Shown here in pieces: positions 49,670 through 59,808 of a stretch of DNA of 64,000 nt. The notes beneath the pieces were generated by a model. It was not told where the DNA came from. It made no database searches and saw only the letters and a list, made by a program, of their open reading frames with translations. The DNA is from Nitrosopumilus sp. (lineage in GTDB: Archaea > Thermoproteota > Nitrososphaeria > Nitrososphaerales > Nitrosopumilaceae). The stretch is taken from positions 2,080,001 to 2,144,000 of the forward strand of contig OZ244651.1 of NCBI GenBank assembly GCA_965218695.1, written 5' to 3'. Positions within the stretch are counted from its first letter, which is position 1, and each line of letters starts with the position of its first letter. The translations under genes and the position numbers were made by a program.

Positions 49670-50971
49670 CTAAAGTCTTGGAACCACTCTAGATTTTGCA
49701 GTCACAGCGACGATGCTTATGATCGCGACAGCCAGTACCATCATTGCAATGGTACCAAATTCTGGAATAACATTTGTGAAAGTTACCCCTTCACCTACTG
49801 GTCCTGTGAACTCTTCAGCGTCTGGGAGACCAAAACCATTGAAGGTAACCGTGATTTCTACCGGATCTGCAGATGACAGTGCTGCTGTCATGTGTGTGGC
49901 CTTGCCATCGTGTGTATGTGCACCCTCGTCATTCAGGACGATCTCGCCGTTCTGTGTTACTACTATGTCGTAGTTGACATGTTCCACGCCTCCGCTCATC
50001 ATCTTGTCGCCGTCCATCATTTTGTCTTCCATCATGGTTTCGTCCATCATTTCGTCCTTGTCTTCCATCATGGTTTCGTCCATCATTTCGTCCTTGTCTT
50101 CCATCATGGTTTCGTCCATCATTTCGTCCTTGTCTTCCATCATGGTTTCGTCCATCATTTCGTCCTTGTCTTCCATCATGGTTTCGTCCATCATTTCGTC
50201 CTTGTCTTCCATCATGGTTTCGTCCATCATTTCGTCCTTGTCTTCCATCATGGTTTCGTCCATCATTTCGTCCTTGTCTTCCATCATGGTTTCGTCCATC
50301 ATTTCGTCCTTGTCTTCCATCATGGTTTCGTCCATCATTTCGTCCTTGTCTTCCATCATGGTTTCGTCCATCATTTCGTCCTTGTCTTCCATCATCATGC
50401 TACCGTAGTTGGCAAACTTGATGAAGAGCTCCATCATCTCGCCTTCAGCTGGTGCATCGGCCCAGATTTTGACCACTGTACCGTCTGATAGCATGCCGTA
50501 GACACTTGGATCTTTCATATGCTCGCCGTCCATGCGTTCGTCGTCTTTCATCTTGTCATCGTCCATCGCGGCTTCTGCTTCCTGTACAATGATTGTACCA
50601 AACATCCATGGGTGTACATAGCAGAAGTGAGGAACCTCACCTACTTCTGTTGGTGTCCACTCAAATGATGCCCCTGGCAGTACCAGAGAGCTGTCAAATT
50701 GACCGCTTAGACCGTCATCTATGGTTCCAGCTGCAAACACATGTGCTACCACATCGGTGTTTGAGAATATTACCTTGCCACCAACATCAACTGTTGCAGT
50801 CAGTGGAGTGTAACATCCTTCATCGGTTTCTTCACATCCTGGAACGGAAGTGCCGTCTACTGGTGTTACTGTGACTTCTGCATGATCTGCAAAAGTAGCC
50901 GGTGGCATTGCAACCATTCCGACCACAAGAACAGAAAGTACGAAGAGAGAACTTATCGTTATAGTCTTCAT
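49670..50971 (-). CDS. Type-1 cupredoxin plus Met-rich repeat, PEFG-CTERM anchored
   Basis: H...CYVHPWM ligands; IPEFG plus TM. Confidence 0.92.
   Translation of the reverse strand: MKTITISSLFVLSVLVVGMVAMPPATFADHAEVTVTPVDGTSVPGCEETDEGCYTPLTATVDVGGKVIFSNTDVVAHVFAAGTIDDGLSGQFDSSLVLPGASFEWTPTEVGEVPHFCYVHPWMFGTIIVQEAEAAMDDDKMKDDERMDGEHMKDPSVYGMLSDGTVVKIWADAPAEGEMMELFIKFANYGSMMMEDKDEMMDETMMEDKDEMMDETMMEDKDEMMDETMMEDKDEMMDETMMEDKDEMMDETMMEDKDEMMDETMMEDKDEMMDETMMEDKDEMMDETMMEDKDEMMDETMMEDKDEMMDETMMEDKMMDGDKMMSGGVEHVNYDIVVTQNGEIVLNDEGAHTHDGKATHMTAALSSADPVEITVTFNGFGLPDAEEFTGPVGEGVTFTNVIPEFGTIAMMVLAVAIISIVAVTAKSRVVPRL
50021..50396 (-). repeat. 10 x 36-bp perfect coding tandem repeat (MMEDKDEMMDET) plus a partial unit
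   Basis: TTCGTCCTTGTCTTCCATCATGGTTTCGTCCATCAT repeated. Confidence 0.97.
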
Positions 50972-51016
50972 TAGGATTCTTAAATAGAGCGGGACATAAA
51001 AACCTGACTAGAATTT

Positions 51017-52308
51017 CAGTCTTCCCAGAAGTACCTGAAAACAGCCCAAAATCAAAACAGATCAATTAGGGCAATCTCAGAAGGTCATCGAACTACCAAT
51101 GAACCAACTGAGACGCGACTTGCTTAACAACCCACGCATATATCAAGATGTTCTGGACACGGTAGGGGCAGGCATGTCCCCGTGCATCATGGTCTCACAC
51201 AGGCACAATGCCATCTACGGCACCGAGGATTTTCACAGAAGCATGGCAGGCGCATGTGCGCACGGCAGGCAGGTGGCCGGATGCACCAGGTCCTCCAAGA
51301 GAATCGGCGGTGCAGACGGGGACTCACGCCCAAGTGATGAGTGGATGCGCGATGCGGCATCCCGGACGCGTGGCAGCGACGTCTACAAATGCTTTGCCAA
51401 GACAGTCGTCCTGCAGCTTGACCAGATGCGCAAGATGAGACTGCTCAAGAAAGACCAGGAGATTGACTTGGCAATCGACATGCACCTGATACCCAGATAC
51501 GACAAGAGCTACGGGGCAGAACTGGTGCGCTCAAAGGCCAAGGACGGGACACACGTCTTTGAGAGGTACATCACGATACAGTCCACGGTTCAGAACCTTC
51601 GCCTCGTGTTAGGCGTCCTGAACATGCCGTCACTTGAGGATACTGCCGATTTCGTGCGTAAAATCATCGGCTCTGCACGGGACGTGGGGGCCTGCATCGG
51701 AATGGCGATGCTGGACAGGGAGTTCTTTACGGCAGACGTAATGGGGACGCTTGGGGACATGGGCATCAAATATCTGATACCATGCAAGAATACGGATACT
51801 GTGGTGGATGCCATCGCAGAGTTTGCTACAGGCAGGCGCGGCCGCGTCTCCAAATCCGTCATCGTCGGGGGAGATGGCAGGGAGGTGTCGTATACGATGA
51901 CCATCACAGAAAGGAAGAAGAGGAAGAAAAGAAAGGACGACGACGAGCTGCTGCCGCACGAGAAATACATCGGGTTTGCCACCAACGTCCCCGACGTGGA
52001 TCCGGACTCGTACGGGAACAGGTGGGGCATAGAGACTGGATACCGGATGATAGAAAACACAAGGGCCAAGACGCACAGCAAGAACCCGATGGCGCGACTT
52101 TTGTGCTTTGTGTACTCTGTAGCCGTCTTTAACGCTTGGGTAATGGCAAACGCAACGCTGATGCACGTTACCGGGATTTATCCCACGGATCCCCCGATCA
52201 CCCAACAGGATCTCAGGGACATGCTGCTGTTGCTGATCGTATTTGGCTACAAAGAGCCGCCGGAGCCCCCGCCGCCGGTGCTACCCTGAGCTACTTCTGG
52301 GAAGACTG
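51017..52308 (+). mobile_element. ISH3-like element copy A (1292 bp)
   Basis: IR CAGTCTTCCCAGAAGTA; AATTT at 51012-51016 and 52309-52313. Confidence 0.93.
51099..52289 (+). CDS. ISH3/IS4-like transposase
   Basis: AIDMH, LDREF, RWGIETGYR. Confidence 0.93.
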   Translation: MNQLRRDLLNNPRIYQDVLDTVGAGMSPCIMVSHRHNAIYGTEDFHRSMAGACAHGRQVAGCTRSSKRIGGADGDSRPSDEWMRDAASRTRGSDVYKCFAKTVVLQLDQMRKMRLLKKDQEIDLAIDMHLIPRYDKSYGAELVRSKAKDGTHVFERYITIQSTVQNLRLVLGVLNMPSLEDTADFVRKIIGSARDVGACIGMAMLDREFFTADVMGTLGDMGIKYLIPCKNTDTVVDAIAEFATGRRGRVSKSVIVGGDGREVSYTMTITERKKRKKRKDDDELLPHEKYIGFATNVPDVDPDSYGNRWGIETGYRMIENTRAKTHSKNPMARLLCFVYSVAVFNAWVMANATLMHVTGIYPTDPPITQQDLRDMLLLLIVFGYKEPPEPPPPVLP

Positions 52309-52328
52309 AATTTCAGTCTTCCCAGAAG

Positions 52329-54520
52329 GTACGCGTTCACCTCCCCCCTCCATTTGGTGCGACACTGTTGAGCCTTTTGGCACATATGACAATTGGATGG
52401 GTCAGAATTTACAAACAAAATTAGATTTTTTAGATTAGGTGATTAAAACGGCTGCACGTGAGATGTGAATTACCATGACCCACACGCACGTGCGCCAATA
52501 TACACACGCAGAATCCGTATTTAAGAATGCAAACTGCACGGCGTCGCGGCGGATGCAGGTGCAGTCCTGAATGGTTGTCCCGAAATCCGAAAGGATCATA
52601 CTGCAGGCAGAGCTGCGCCGCGTGTGGGGAATCGTGGAGATCCTGCTGGGCCTGGTCGCAGCCTCTCTGGGAACCACCGGAAAGACGCTGGCTGTCGTTA
52701 TCGAGGAGACGGCGCACCAGGCAGAGGAGATCCGGACCCTGAAGGCAGAGAAGAAGCAGCTGGCCCGGGAACTTTCAGTCCACGAGAGTTGGAACCATTC
52801 ATCCAGGGGCGCCGTGCTGTTTACCCGGAAGCGAAGAGCCTTCAAAAGTGATCCGCAGGTAAGGGCAGACACGGGCGATGCCCCAGATACGGGCAAAAAG
52901 CCCGGACACCGGCCGGGTCAGCCGGGAGTCTCCCACGGCCGCAGGCCGGCTGACATCAGGATGTGCAGTGCGCCCATGTGCAAAAACTGCGGCGGCACCT
53001 ACATGCTGCCCGAGGATGCCTTTTGGAAGACGGTGATAGATGTCACCGAATCCGGCAAGCCAGTCTGTTATGCCGAGATGATCGCGCCCGGGTACTGCCT
53101 CACGTGCCAGGCAGTCACGTATCCTGACGCGGACTCGATTCCCGGAACGTGGTTTGGCCCCAACCTGAGAAAGAAGATTGCCAACATGCACAGGGTATCG
53201 GTTTCGCTCAGAAGCATGCAGTACCTGCTGGCATCAAACCACGGCATCAGGGCATCACTGGGGTGCATATCCCACGCCCTAGAGGCAATAGCAACGCGCG
53301 GCAGCCTCGGAGACGCCCCGAGGCTGCCGGAGCCAAAGGAGGACATGCCGTCTCCCTTATTCGGGGCGCCGTTCCCCACGCCTGCGCGCCCCGAACCCGA
53401 CGCCGGCGGCCATACCGCATGGAACGGCCTGATGAGGCGGCCGCTCATCACGCAGATAACAGAAAAGATGAGCATGGCGCCAAGCGTGTCCGAAGACGAG
53501 TCCGGCGAAAAGGTCGCAGGAAAGAACGTGCAGGCCATACTACTGATCTCAAAATACTGCGTGCTGGTATGCATCAGGCCTGACAAGACCAAGGAGACCA
53601 TGAGGGACGTGCTTTGGATGGTGCTGAACAGGCCGTTCGTGGCAGACATGTACCGTGCCGGCAACGCCCTTGAGGGGGACTTTCAGACGTGCTTTGTCCA
53701 CGTGGTTCGCAAGTGCGAGGGCCTGGCCATACGCCACGGAGTCAATTCCTTCGAGTATGCGTGGTACGTGACGCTGCTCAAGATATATCGGGACGCCAAG
53801 ACCGCCGCAAGGAATGCACTCGAGATGGCCGGCAGGGCAGAAGAGTCGGCCTGCGACGCAGGCCGACTCGTCAAAAACACCCCGGGACTGGAAGAATACG
53901 TCAAATCAAGCCAGGATTCCCTGCAAAAACGCATCCTGACGCTCGTCGATGCCTGCCGCAACGGATGCGTCTCAGACGAGAAGAGCCGCGATTTTGCAGG
54001 CTCGCTTGAACGCGCCGCGCCATACCTTACAGAGTTTATCAGGCATCCTGGAATGGACGGCAACAACAACGCGTGCGAGAGGGCCGTACGAACGCACATC
54101 GTAAGGCCGCGCGACATACACCACGCGTTTCCCAACTGGAAGGCAGCCGACACTTTTGCCAAACTCCAGACGATTCACGCCACGGCAGAAAAGCTTGGAA
54201 TGTTCTCGGGGGACGCGGTGACTGCCGATGCCTCGCAGGACATGTTCGGGTCCGGAATACCGCCCCCGATATTTCCGAATCTCAAATAACCGTGCCACGA
54301 CATCCCGCAGATCCGGATCGTTGCCGCACCATTTGGCTTAGGCAGGATGCATCGCAGATCATGCCGCAAAAAGCCTCAGGCCTGCCTGCAGGATGGCATT
54401 GCCATACATTTTCACACCGACGTGTCTTCTGGTGGATGATTCCATGATGGAGTCAATCACATGCCCATGTATGACATCCCGACTAGCGTGGAATTGGCAA
54501 GGGGGGAGGTGAACGCGTAC
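52329..54520 (+). mobile_element. Single-ORF IS66-like element
   Basis: IR GTACGCGTTCACCTCCCCCCT; 8-bp duplication CCCAGAAG at 52321-52328 and 54521-54528. Confidence 0.93.
52571..54289 (+). CDS. IS66-family transposase (divergent)
   Basis: PG-PG-G, CxxC...CxxC, DES, ADMY, CFVH, NNACERAVR. Confidence 0.88.
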   Translation: MVVPKSERIILQAELRRVWGIVEILLGLVAASLGTTGKTLAVVIEETAHQAEEIRTLKAEKKQLARELSVHESWNHSSRGAVLFTRKRRAFKSDPQVRADTGDAPDTGKKPGHRPGQPGVSHGRRPADIRMCSAPMCKNCGGTYMLPEDAFWKTVIDVTESGKPVCYAEMIAPGYCLTCQAVTYPDADSIPGTWFGPNLRKKIANMHRVSVSLRSMQYLLASNHGIRASLGCISHALEAIATRGSLGDAPRLPEPKEDMPSPLFGAPFPTPARPEPDAGGHTAWNGLMRRPLITQITEKMSMAPSVSEDESGEKVAGKNVQAILLISKYCVLVCIRPDKTKETMRDVLWMVLNRPFVADMYRAGNALEGDFQTCFVHVVRKCEGLAIRHGVNSFEYAWYVTLLKIYRDAKTAARNALEMAGRAEESACDAGRLVKNTPGLEEYVKSSQDSLQKRILTLVDACRNGCVSDEKSRDFAGSLERAAPYLTEFIRHPGMDGNNNACERAVRTHIVRPRDIHHAFPNWKAADTFAKLQTIHATAEKLGMFSGDAVTADASQDMFGSGIPPPIFPNLK

Positions 54521-54540
54521 CCCAGAAGTAGCTCAGGGTA

Positions 54541-55628
54541 TAGTGTCAATCAAAAGTCTTCTACGTCAGTCTGAGCGTAACATTTTTTGATCACTCCGCA
54601 CTACCGCCCACATGGATGAAAAAAGCAAAAAGCTGTTAATCCAGGCCTACAAGAAAGAGAAGAGGGGAACCATAAAGGACAGGATCCACGCCGTCTGCAT
54701 GGTCAAGATCAGGGGGCTGGGCGTATCCGAGGTGGCATCACTGTGCTTTTGCGACCCGCACACTGTCACAAGCTGGGTCCGGCATTTTGATAGCGAGGGT
54801 CTTGCAGGCCTGGAAGACAGGCCCCGCCCGGGCAGGCCGCCCAAGGTCGGGCTTGAGAAGATTGCGGGGCTTGCAGCAAGGACTGGCAGCATCACAACTC
54901 CAAAGCAGCTCAAAGAAAACATACGCAAAGAATTCAAGGTGACATACCACATTTCAAACGTCACAAAGATAATGCACAGGCTTGGCCTGTCTGCCAAGAC
55001 GGTCCAGCGCATCCACGTCAACAGGCCAGAGATCAAAAAGATCAGGCAGTGGCAGCGCAACGCCAAAAGGCGGATTTCACGCCTGCAAGAGAAGGGTTTT
55101 CTCCCAGTCGTCTTTGACGAGGCCATATTTGTAGACGATCCGGCATCGGGCGTAAAGTATTGGTCGCCAGAAGGCGAGCCGATTGTCACGACATACAAGG
55201 GACGGCACGGAAAGGTGGTGGCATACGGTTCCATTGTAACAGACGGCAGGCAGTTCTTCAGGACGCATGAAAAATTTGACAAGGAGACGGTCCTGCAGTA
55301 TCTCAAGGATCTGGTCAGGCATTTTGGAAAGGTGGTCGTAATCATGGATAATGCGCCACAACACAAGTCAAGGATCGTGATGAAATTTCTAAAGGAAAAT
55401 CCCGACATCAAGGTCATGTGGCTTCCAGCTGCAACGCCCGAGCTTAGCGGCGTGGAGGAGTACTGGCACCAGGCAAAACGTAACGTGCTGGTGTCCGAGT
55501 ACTATGCCACGATAGTGCAGATGCGCAACGCGATGTCGGAGTATTTCAGGACCGCGCGTCCAAGGATTGACGTAATGGAGTTTATCTGTAGAAAGTCCCT
55601 AAATGTAAAAAACTTTTGATCGACACTA
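54541..55628 (+). mobile_element. IS630-family element
   Basis: IR TAGTGTCnATCAAAAGT; TA duplication at 54539-54540 and 55629-55630. Confidence 0.93.
54612..55619 (+). CDS. IS630 transposase
   Basis: RPGRPPK, FDEA, MDNAPQH, TPELSGVEEYW. Confidence 0.93.
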   Translation: MDEKSKKLLIQAYKKEKRGTIKDRIHAVCMVKIRGLGVSEVASLCFCDPHTVTSWVRHFDSEGLAGLEDRPRPGRPPKVGLEKIAGLAARTGSITTPKQLKENIRKEFKVTYHISNVTKIMHRLGLSAKTVQRIHVNRPEIKKIRQWQRNAKRRISRLQEKGFLPVVFDEAIFVDDPASGVKYWSPEGEPIVTTYKGRHGKVVAYGSIVTDGRQFFRTHEKFDKETVLQYLKDLVRHFGKVVVIMDNAPQHKSRIVMKFLKENPDIKVMWLPAATPELSGVEEYWHQAKRNVLVSEYYATIVQMRNAMSEYFRTARPRIDVMEFICRKSLNVKNF

Positions 55629-56813
55629 TAGCACCGGCGGCGGGGGCTCCGGCGGCTCTTTGTAGCCAAATACGATCAGCAACAGCAGCATGTCCCTGAG
55701 ATCCTGTTGGGTGATCGGGGGATCCGTGGGATAAATCCCGGTAACGTGCATCAGCGTTGCGTTTGCCATTACCCAAGCGTTAAAGACGGCTACAGAGTAC
55801 ACAAAGCACAAAAGTCGCGCCATCGGGTTCTTGCTGTGCGTCTTGGCCCTTGTGTTTTCTATCATCCGGTATCCAGTCTCTATGCCCCACCTGTTCCCGT
55901 ACGAGTCCGGATCCACGTCGGGGACGTTGGTGACAAACCCGATGTATTTCTCGTGCGGCAGCAGCTCGTCGTCGTCCTTTCTTTTCTTCCTCTTCTTCCT
56001 TTCTGTGATGGTCATCGTATACGACACCTCCCTGCCATCTCCCCCGACGATGACGGATTTGGAGACGCGGCCGCGCCTGCCTGTAGCAAACTCTGCGATG
56101 GCATCCACCACAGTATCCGTATTCTTGCATGGTATCAGATATTTGATGCCCATGTCCCCAAGCGTCCCCATTACGTCTGCCGTAAAGAACTCCCTGTCCA
56201 GCATCGCCATTCCGATGCAGGCCCCCACGTCCCGTGCAGAGCCGATGATTTTACGCACGAAATCGGCAGTATCCTCAAGTGACGGCATGTTCAGGACGCC
56301 TAACACGAGGCGAAGGTTCTGAACCGTGGACTGTATCGTGATGTACCTCTCAAAGACGTGTGTCCCGTCCTTGGCCTTTGAGCGCACCAGTTCTGCCCCG
56401 TAGCTCTTGTCGTATCTGGGTATCAGGTGCATGTCGATTGCCAAGTCAATCTCCTGGTCTTTCTTGAGCAGTCTCATCTTGCGCATCTGGTCAAGCTGCA
56501 GAACGACTGTCTTGGCAAAGCATTTGTAGACGTTGCTGCCACGCGTCCGGGATGCCGCATCGCGCATCCACTCATCACTTGGGCGTGAGTCCCCGTCTGC
56601 ACCGCCGATTCTCTTGGAGGACCTGGTGCATCCGGCCACCTGCCTGCCGTGCGCACATGCGCCTGCCATGCTTCTGTGAAAATCCTCGGTGCCGTAGATG
56701 GCATTGTGCCTGTGTGAGACCATGATGCACGGGGACATGCCTGCCCCTACCGTGTCCAGAACATCTTGATATATGCGTGGGTTGTTAAGCAAGTAGCGTC
56801 TCAGTTGGTTCAT
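55626..56813 (-). CDS. ISH3/IS4-like transposase (copy B; last residue lost to the IS630 insertion)
   Basis: Three visible aa differences from 51099..52289. Confidence 0.92.
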   Translation of the reverse strand: MNQLRRYLLNNPRIYQDVLDTVGAGMSPCIMVSHRHNAIYGTEDFHRSMAGACAHGRQVAGCTRSSKRIGGADGDSRPSDEWMRDAASRTRGSNVYKCFAKTVVLQLDQMRKMRLLKKDQEIDLAIDMHLIPRYDKSYGAELVRSKAKDGTHVFERYITIQSTVQNLRLVLGVLNMPSLEDTADFVRKIIGSARDVGACIGMAMLDREFFTADVMGTLGDMGIKYLIPCKNTDTVVDAIAEFATGRRGRVSKSVIVGGDGREVSYTMTITERKKRKKRKDDDELLPHEKYIGFVTNVPDVDPDSYGNRWGIETGYRMIENTRAKTHSKNPMARLLCFVYSVAVFNAWVMANATLMHVTGIYPTDPPITQQDLRDMLLLLIVFGYKEPPEPPPPVL

Positions 56814-56842
56814 TGGTAGTTCGATGACCTTCTGAGATTGCC

Positions 56843-58150
56843 CTAATTGATCTGTTTTGATTTTGGGCTGTTTTCAGGTACTTCTGGGAAGACTGAATTT
56901 CTTGATCTTTTTTGCCTGTTTCTATACAACATTACAGTTCCAAATACCGGAGATCCTACATACATTCCAAGATTCAGCAGTACTATGGAGACTCCATAAC
57001 CTAACATCTCCACTTCAGAGTCGATATCTGCATGATTCAGCAGAGACAGAGATGCCAGCATCGGAGTCAGTACTATTCTTACCGTCTCCCTGAACACGGG
57101 ATGTTCCCTTTCCAGATCAGCTATTGCAGGAGAGAACGAATAGTACACTTGGTTGAATCCTGACATGAATGCAGCGCCTGACATTGTAGACAGAACCGTA
57201 TTGTCCCTAAGCTCCCTTAACTGCTGTACCTGCGGTGCAAGCTCCGAGCCGTATGCGGCAGTTGCAATTAGACAGCCCCCGTTCGGTGGGGGGTCTGGTC
57301 GTGTGGTGTTTGCTTGTGTGGTGTTTGCTTGTGTGGTGTTTGCTTGTGTGGTGTTTGCTTGTGTGGTGTTTGCTTGTGTGGTGTTTGCTTGTGTGGTGTT
57401 TGCTTGTGTGGTGTTTGCTTGTGTGGTGTTTGCTTGTGTGGTGTTTGCTTGTGTGGTGTTTGCTTGTGTGGTGTTTGCTTGTGTGGTGTTTGCTTGTGTG
57501 GTGTTTGCTTGTGTGGTGTTTGCTTGTGTGGTGTTTGCTTGTGTGGTGTTTGCTTGTGTGGTGTTTGCTTGTGTGGTGTTTGCTTGTGTGGTGTTTGCTT
57601 GTGTGGTGTTTGCTTGTGTGGTGTTTGCTTGTGTGGTGTTTGCTTGTGTGGTGTTTGCTTGTGTGGTGTTTGCTTGTGTGGTGTTTGCTTGTGTGGTGTT
57701 TGCTTGTGTGGTGTTTGCTTGTGTGGTGTTTGCTTGTGTGGTATCTGGCACACTACCTGCAACAATCGCAAAAGATGCTGTCTCTGTTGGGATAGGCTGG
57801 AACAGTATACCCTCAACCTCGATATCCATAGTGTATTCCCCATCACCTTGATTAAACTCGATTGGAATCTTTACCGAACCCTCAGAAGTATGGATCAACG
57901 GAGTCGGACCAAATACCTCTTCGATACCCTTTGAGACTGTAACCCTATAATCGATATGCACCTGAATTTTCTGCGTCGTCGGATTGATAAAGTCGATACC
58001 TATCCTCGTCTGATCCCCTGATTCTATTGCATCGTATGTCAACTTGATATCCAGCGTGCCGTCCTCTGTAGGAAGGGTCTGGGTCTCTGCAAATGCAGGT
58101 ACAACCAGCACCGGAATCATCAACAGCAAGGCAGACATTAGAAGCCTCAT
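56843..58150 (-). CDS. Exported CFI-box-CTERM surface protein with TTQAN repeat stalk
   Basis: Signal peptide, HIDY/HTSEG domain, GGCLIATAAYGSELAPQVQ-LRE-RD; C-terminus runs into the IS end. Confidence 0.88.
   Translation of the reverse strand: MRLLMSALLLMIPVLVVPAFAETQTLPTEDGTLDIKLTYDAIESGDQTRIGIDFINPTTQKIQVHIDYRVTVSKGIEEVFGPTPLIHTSEGSVKIPIEFNQGDGEYTMDIEVEGILFQPIPTETASFAIVAGSVPDTTQANTTQANTTQANTTQANTTQANTTQANTTQANTTQANTTQANTTQANTTQANTTQANTTQANTTQANTTQANTTQANTTQANTTQANTTQANTTQANTTQANTTQANTTQANTTQANTTQANTTQANTTQANTTQANTTQANTTRPDPPPNGGCLIATAAYGSELAPQVQQLRELRDNTVLSTMSGAAFMSGFNQVYYSFSPAIADLEREHPVFRETVRIVLTPMLASLSLLNHADIDSEVEMLGYGVSIVLLNLGMYVGSPVFGTVMLYRNRQKRSRNSVFPEVPENSPKSKQIN
57301..57742 (-). 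repeat. 29 x 15-bp perfect coding tandem repeat plus a partial unit
   Basis: GTGTGGTGTTTGCTT repeated without spacers. Confidence 0.98.
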
Positions 58151-58272
58151 GGCATATGTTGTCACCCAGCAAATAAAAATCGTACCTTGTAGAAATTATG
58201 ATTTGCCGGCGGTCCAAATTCATAATCCCACATGGCATCATTCCAGGCATTACCAATCTACCTGAAACTAAA

Positions 58273-59798
58273 GTAAGTGTTCACGTGGTTTAACTCATTT
58301 TTAGGCGTATTTTGCAATCTCCGCCAAGTAATCCAATTTCTTGTTTTTCCATGTCATTACACATGAAAAGAAATTCGCCATCCACGTCATCGTCTCCTCT
58401 GCCCTTATGCTGCCCCGTATTTTTCTGTGCACGACTATCTCGCGCAACCCGCGTTCTGCAGCATTGTTTGTAGGCGGGATCTTTGGGTTCAGCACGAACC
58501 GGAACAGGTCGCTGCCAGCATTGCTGATCTTGACCATGAATTTTTCCAATATTGGATCGTCGGCGTACCTTGCAACGATCTTTTCGATGCATGACGTCAG
58601 CATGGCAGACGCGTTGTCCCGGAGAGAGCGCGAGCGTTTCCTGCTTGCCCTTCTGGCATAATCATAGATTATGCGCAGGTGCTTCAGGACGTTGCGCGCG
58701 CCTGGGCAGTCCGGATTGCGGTTGCAGATGTCCCTGGCCTCGCGTATTATGTGCGACCAGCAGCGCTGGACGCGGTATTTTCCGTACGCCGTCCAGCCGT
58801 CGCACACTAACGTGCCGTCCCAACCCCCAAGCGCTTCTTTCAGAACCTTTGCCCCCCGGCTGTCCCGTATCACGTACAGCGCGTGCCCGGTCAGCGGATC
58901 GTGCAGTATCCACACCCAGACGTTGCGGCCGTTTAGGTGAATCGATGTCTCGTCGGCGTGCAGTATCTTGGCCTTGCGTATCATGGCGGCAATGGCTGCC
59001 GCAGGGGCGCCCAGCGACGTTCCCAGCCTGCGCATTATGTTGTGCGCCGTGCCCGAGGAGAGTGTAATTCCGTACCGCGACATGCGGTCTGCGATCATCC
59101 TAAACGGCATGCGACACACGTAATCGTCTGCAACATCAGTCGTTATGCTCGGATCGTAGCTGCCCTTGTCTGGAAGGCCGGTCTCGGGCTTGATGTCCAC
59201 CAGACCGCAGGAGCAGCGACACGTGTTTATGGTGTGGCGCGTGGTGATGACCTTTATCGTGCGCTCCACTCTGGTAATGTCGCGTTTTTCTGACTGCACT
59301 ATGGAAAGGCTACCCGAGCCGCATTCGGGGCAGGCCTCCGGGGTGTGTTCCTCAAACTCGGTGGGTTTTGGCTTGCGGGTGCGGCCCATGTGGCCTTTTT
59401 GCCCCCCGCGCGACTTCCCGCTGCCGGCCGCATCCACGCGGTCCTTTTGATCCCGGGAGGCTTTTGTGGATTTATTGTAGGCATTCTTTTCGTCGCCTTT
59501 TCCCTTTGTGTCAGGCCATCCGGGCCCCCTTTTTTGTGATGACGGGGTGTTGTAATTGTCATGCCGCACCAGCCTGCGCTTAAGATCAGCAACTGCCAGA
59601 TTCAATTCCTCAATTATCTGCCCTTGCATCTCAATCGTCTGCTTGAGCTTGATGTTCTCAGTCTTGAGATCCGTGTACATCTTTTTGAGTTCAGCCTGGC
59701 TTTTCACATTGGGTTTGGATTACCATCCTATTTGGATCTGTGGTTTGCACAAAATTTACCCAAGAGTGAACTGAATTAGGCACGACGTGAACACTTAC
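58273..59798 (-). mobile_element. Single-ORF IS66-like element
   Basis: IR GTAAGTGTTCACGT; 8-bp duplication AAACTAAA at 58265-58272 and 59799-59806. Confidence 0.93.
58301..59707 (-). CDS. IS66-family transposase
   Basis: NTPSS, GGQKGH, CPECG, HADET, CDGW, CWSH, TNNAAERGLR. Confidence 0.93.
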   Translation of the reverse strand: MKSQAELKKMYTDLKTENIKLKQTIEMQGQIIEELNLAVADLKRRLVRHDNYNTPSSQKRGPGWPDTKGKGDEKNAYNKSTKASRDQKDRVDAAGSGKSRGGQKGHMGRTRKPKPTEFEEHTPEACPECGSGSLSIVQSEKRDITRVERTIKVITTRHTINTCRCSCGLVDIKPETGLPDKGSYDPSITTDVADDYVCRMPFRMIADRMSRYGITLSSGTAHNIMRRLGTSLGAPAAAIAAMIRKAKILHADETSIHLNGRNVWVWILHDPLTGHALYVIRDSRGAKVLKEALGGWDGTLVCDGWTAYGKYRVQRCWSHIIREARDICNRNPDCPGARNVLKHLRIIYDYARRASRKRSRSLRDNASAMLTSCIEKIVARYADDPILEKFMVKISNAGSDLFRFVLNPKIPPTNNAAERGLREIVVHRKIRGSIRAEETMTWMANFFSCVMTWKNKKLDYLAEIAKYA

Positions 59799-59808
59799 AA
59801 ACTAAATT

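Larger units (their letters stand above)
52314..56895 (-). mobile_element. ISH3-like element copy B, inverted, with IS66 and IS630 nested in its right end
   Basis: Near-identical to copy A; AATTT at 52309-52313 and 56896-56900. Confidence 0.92.

Noticed and set aside
50021-50396. 36-bp repeat as a CRISPR array
   Set aside because: No spacers; in-frame coding tandem repeat
49892-50488. His-rich ORF (HHGFVHHFVLVF)n
   Set aside because: Antisense shadow of the Met-rich repeat
57153-57934. Cys-rich ORFs (CGVCL)n, (VVFAC)n, (LLVWC)n as metallothionein-like genes
   Set aside because: Alternative frames of the 15-bp repeat; the minus frame has a signal peptide and CFI-box anchor
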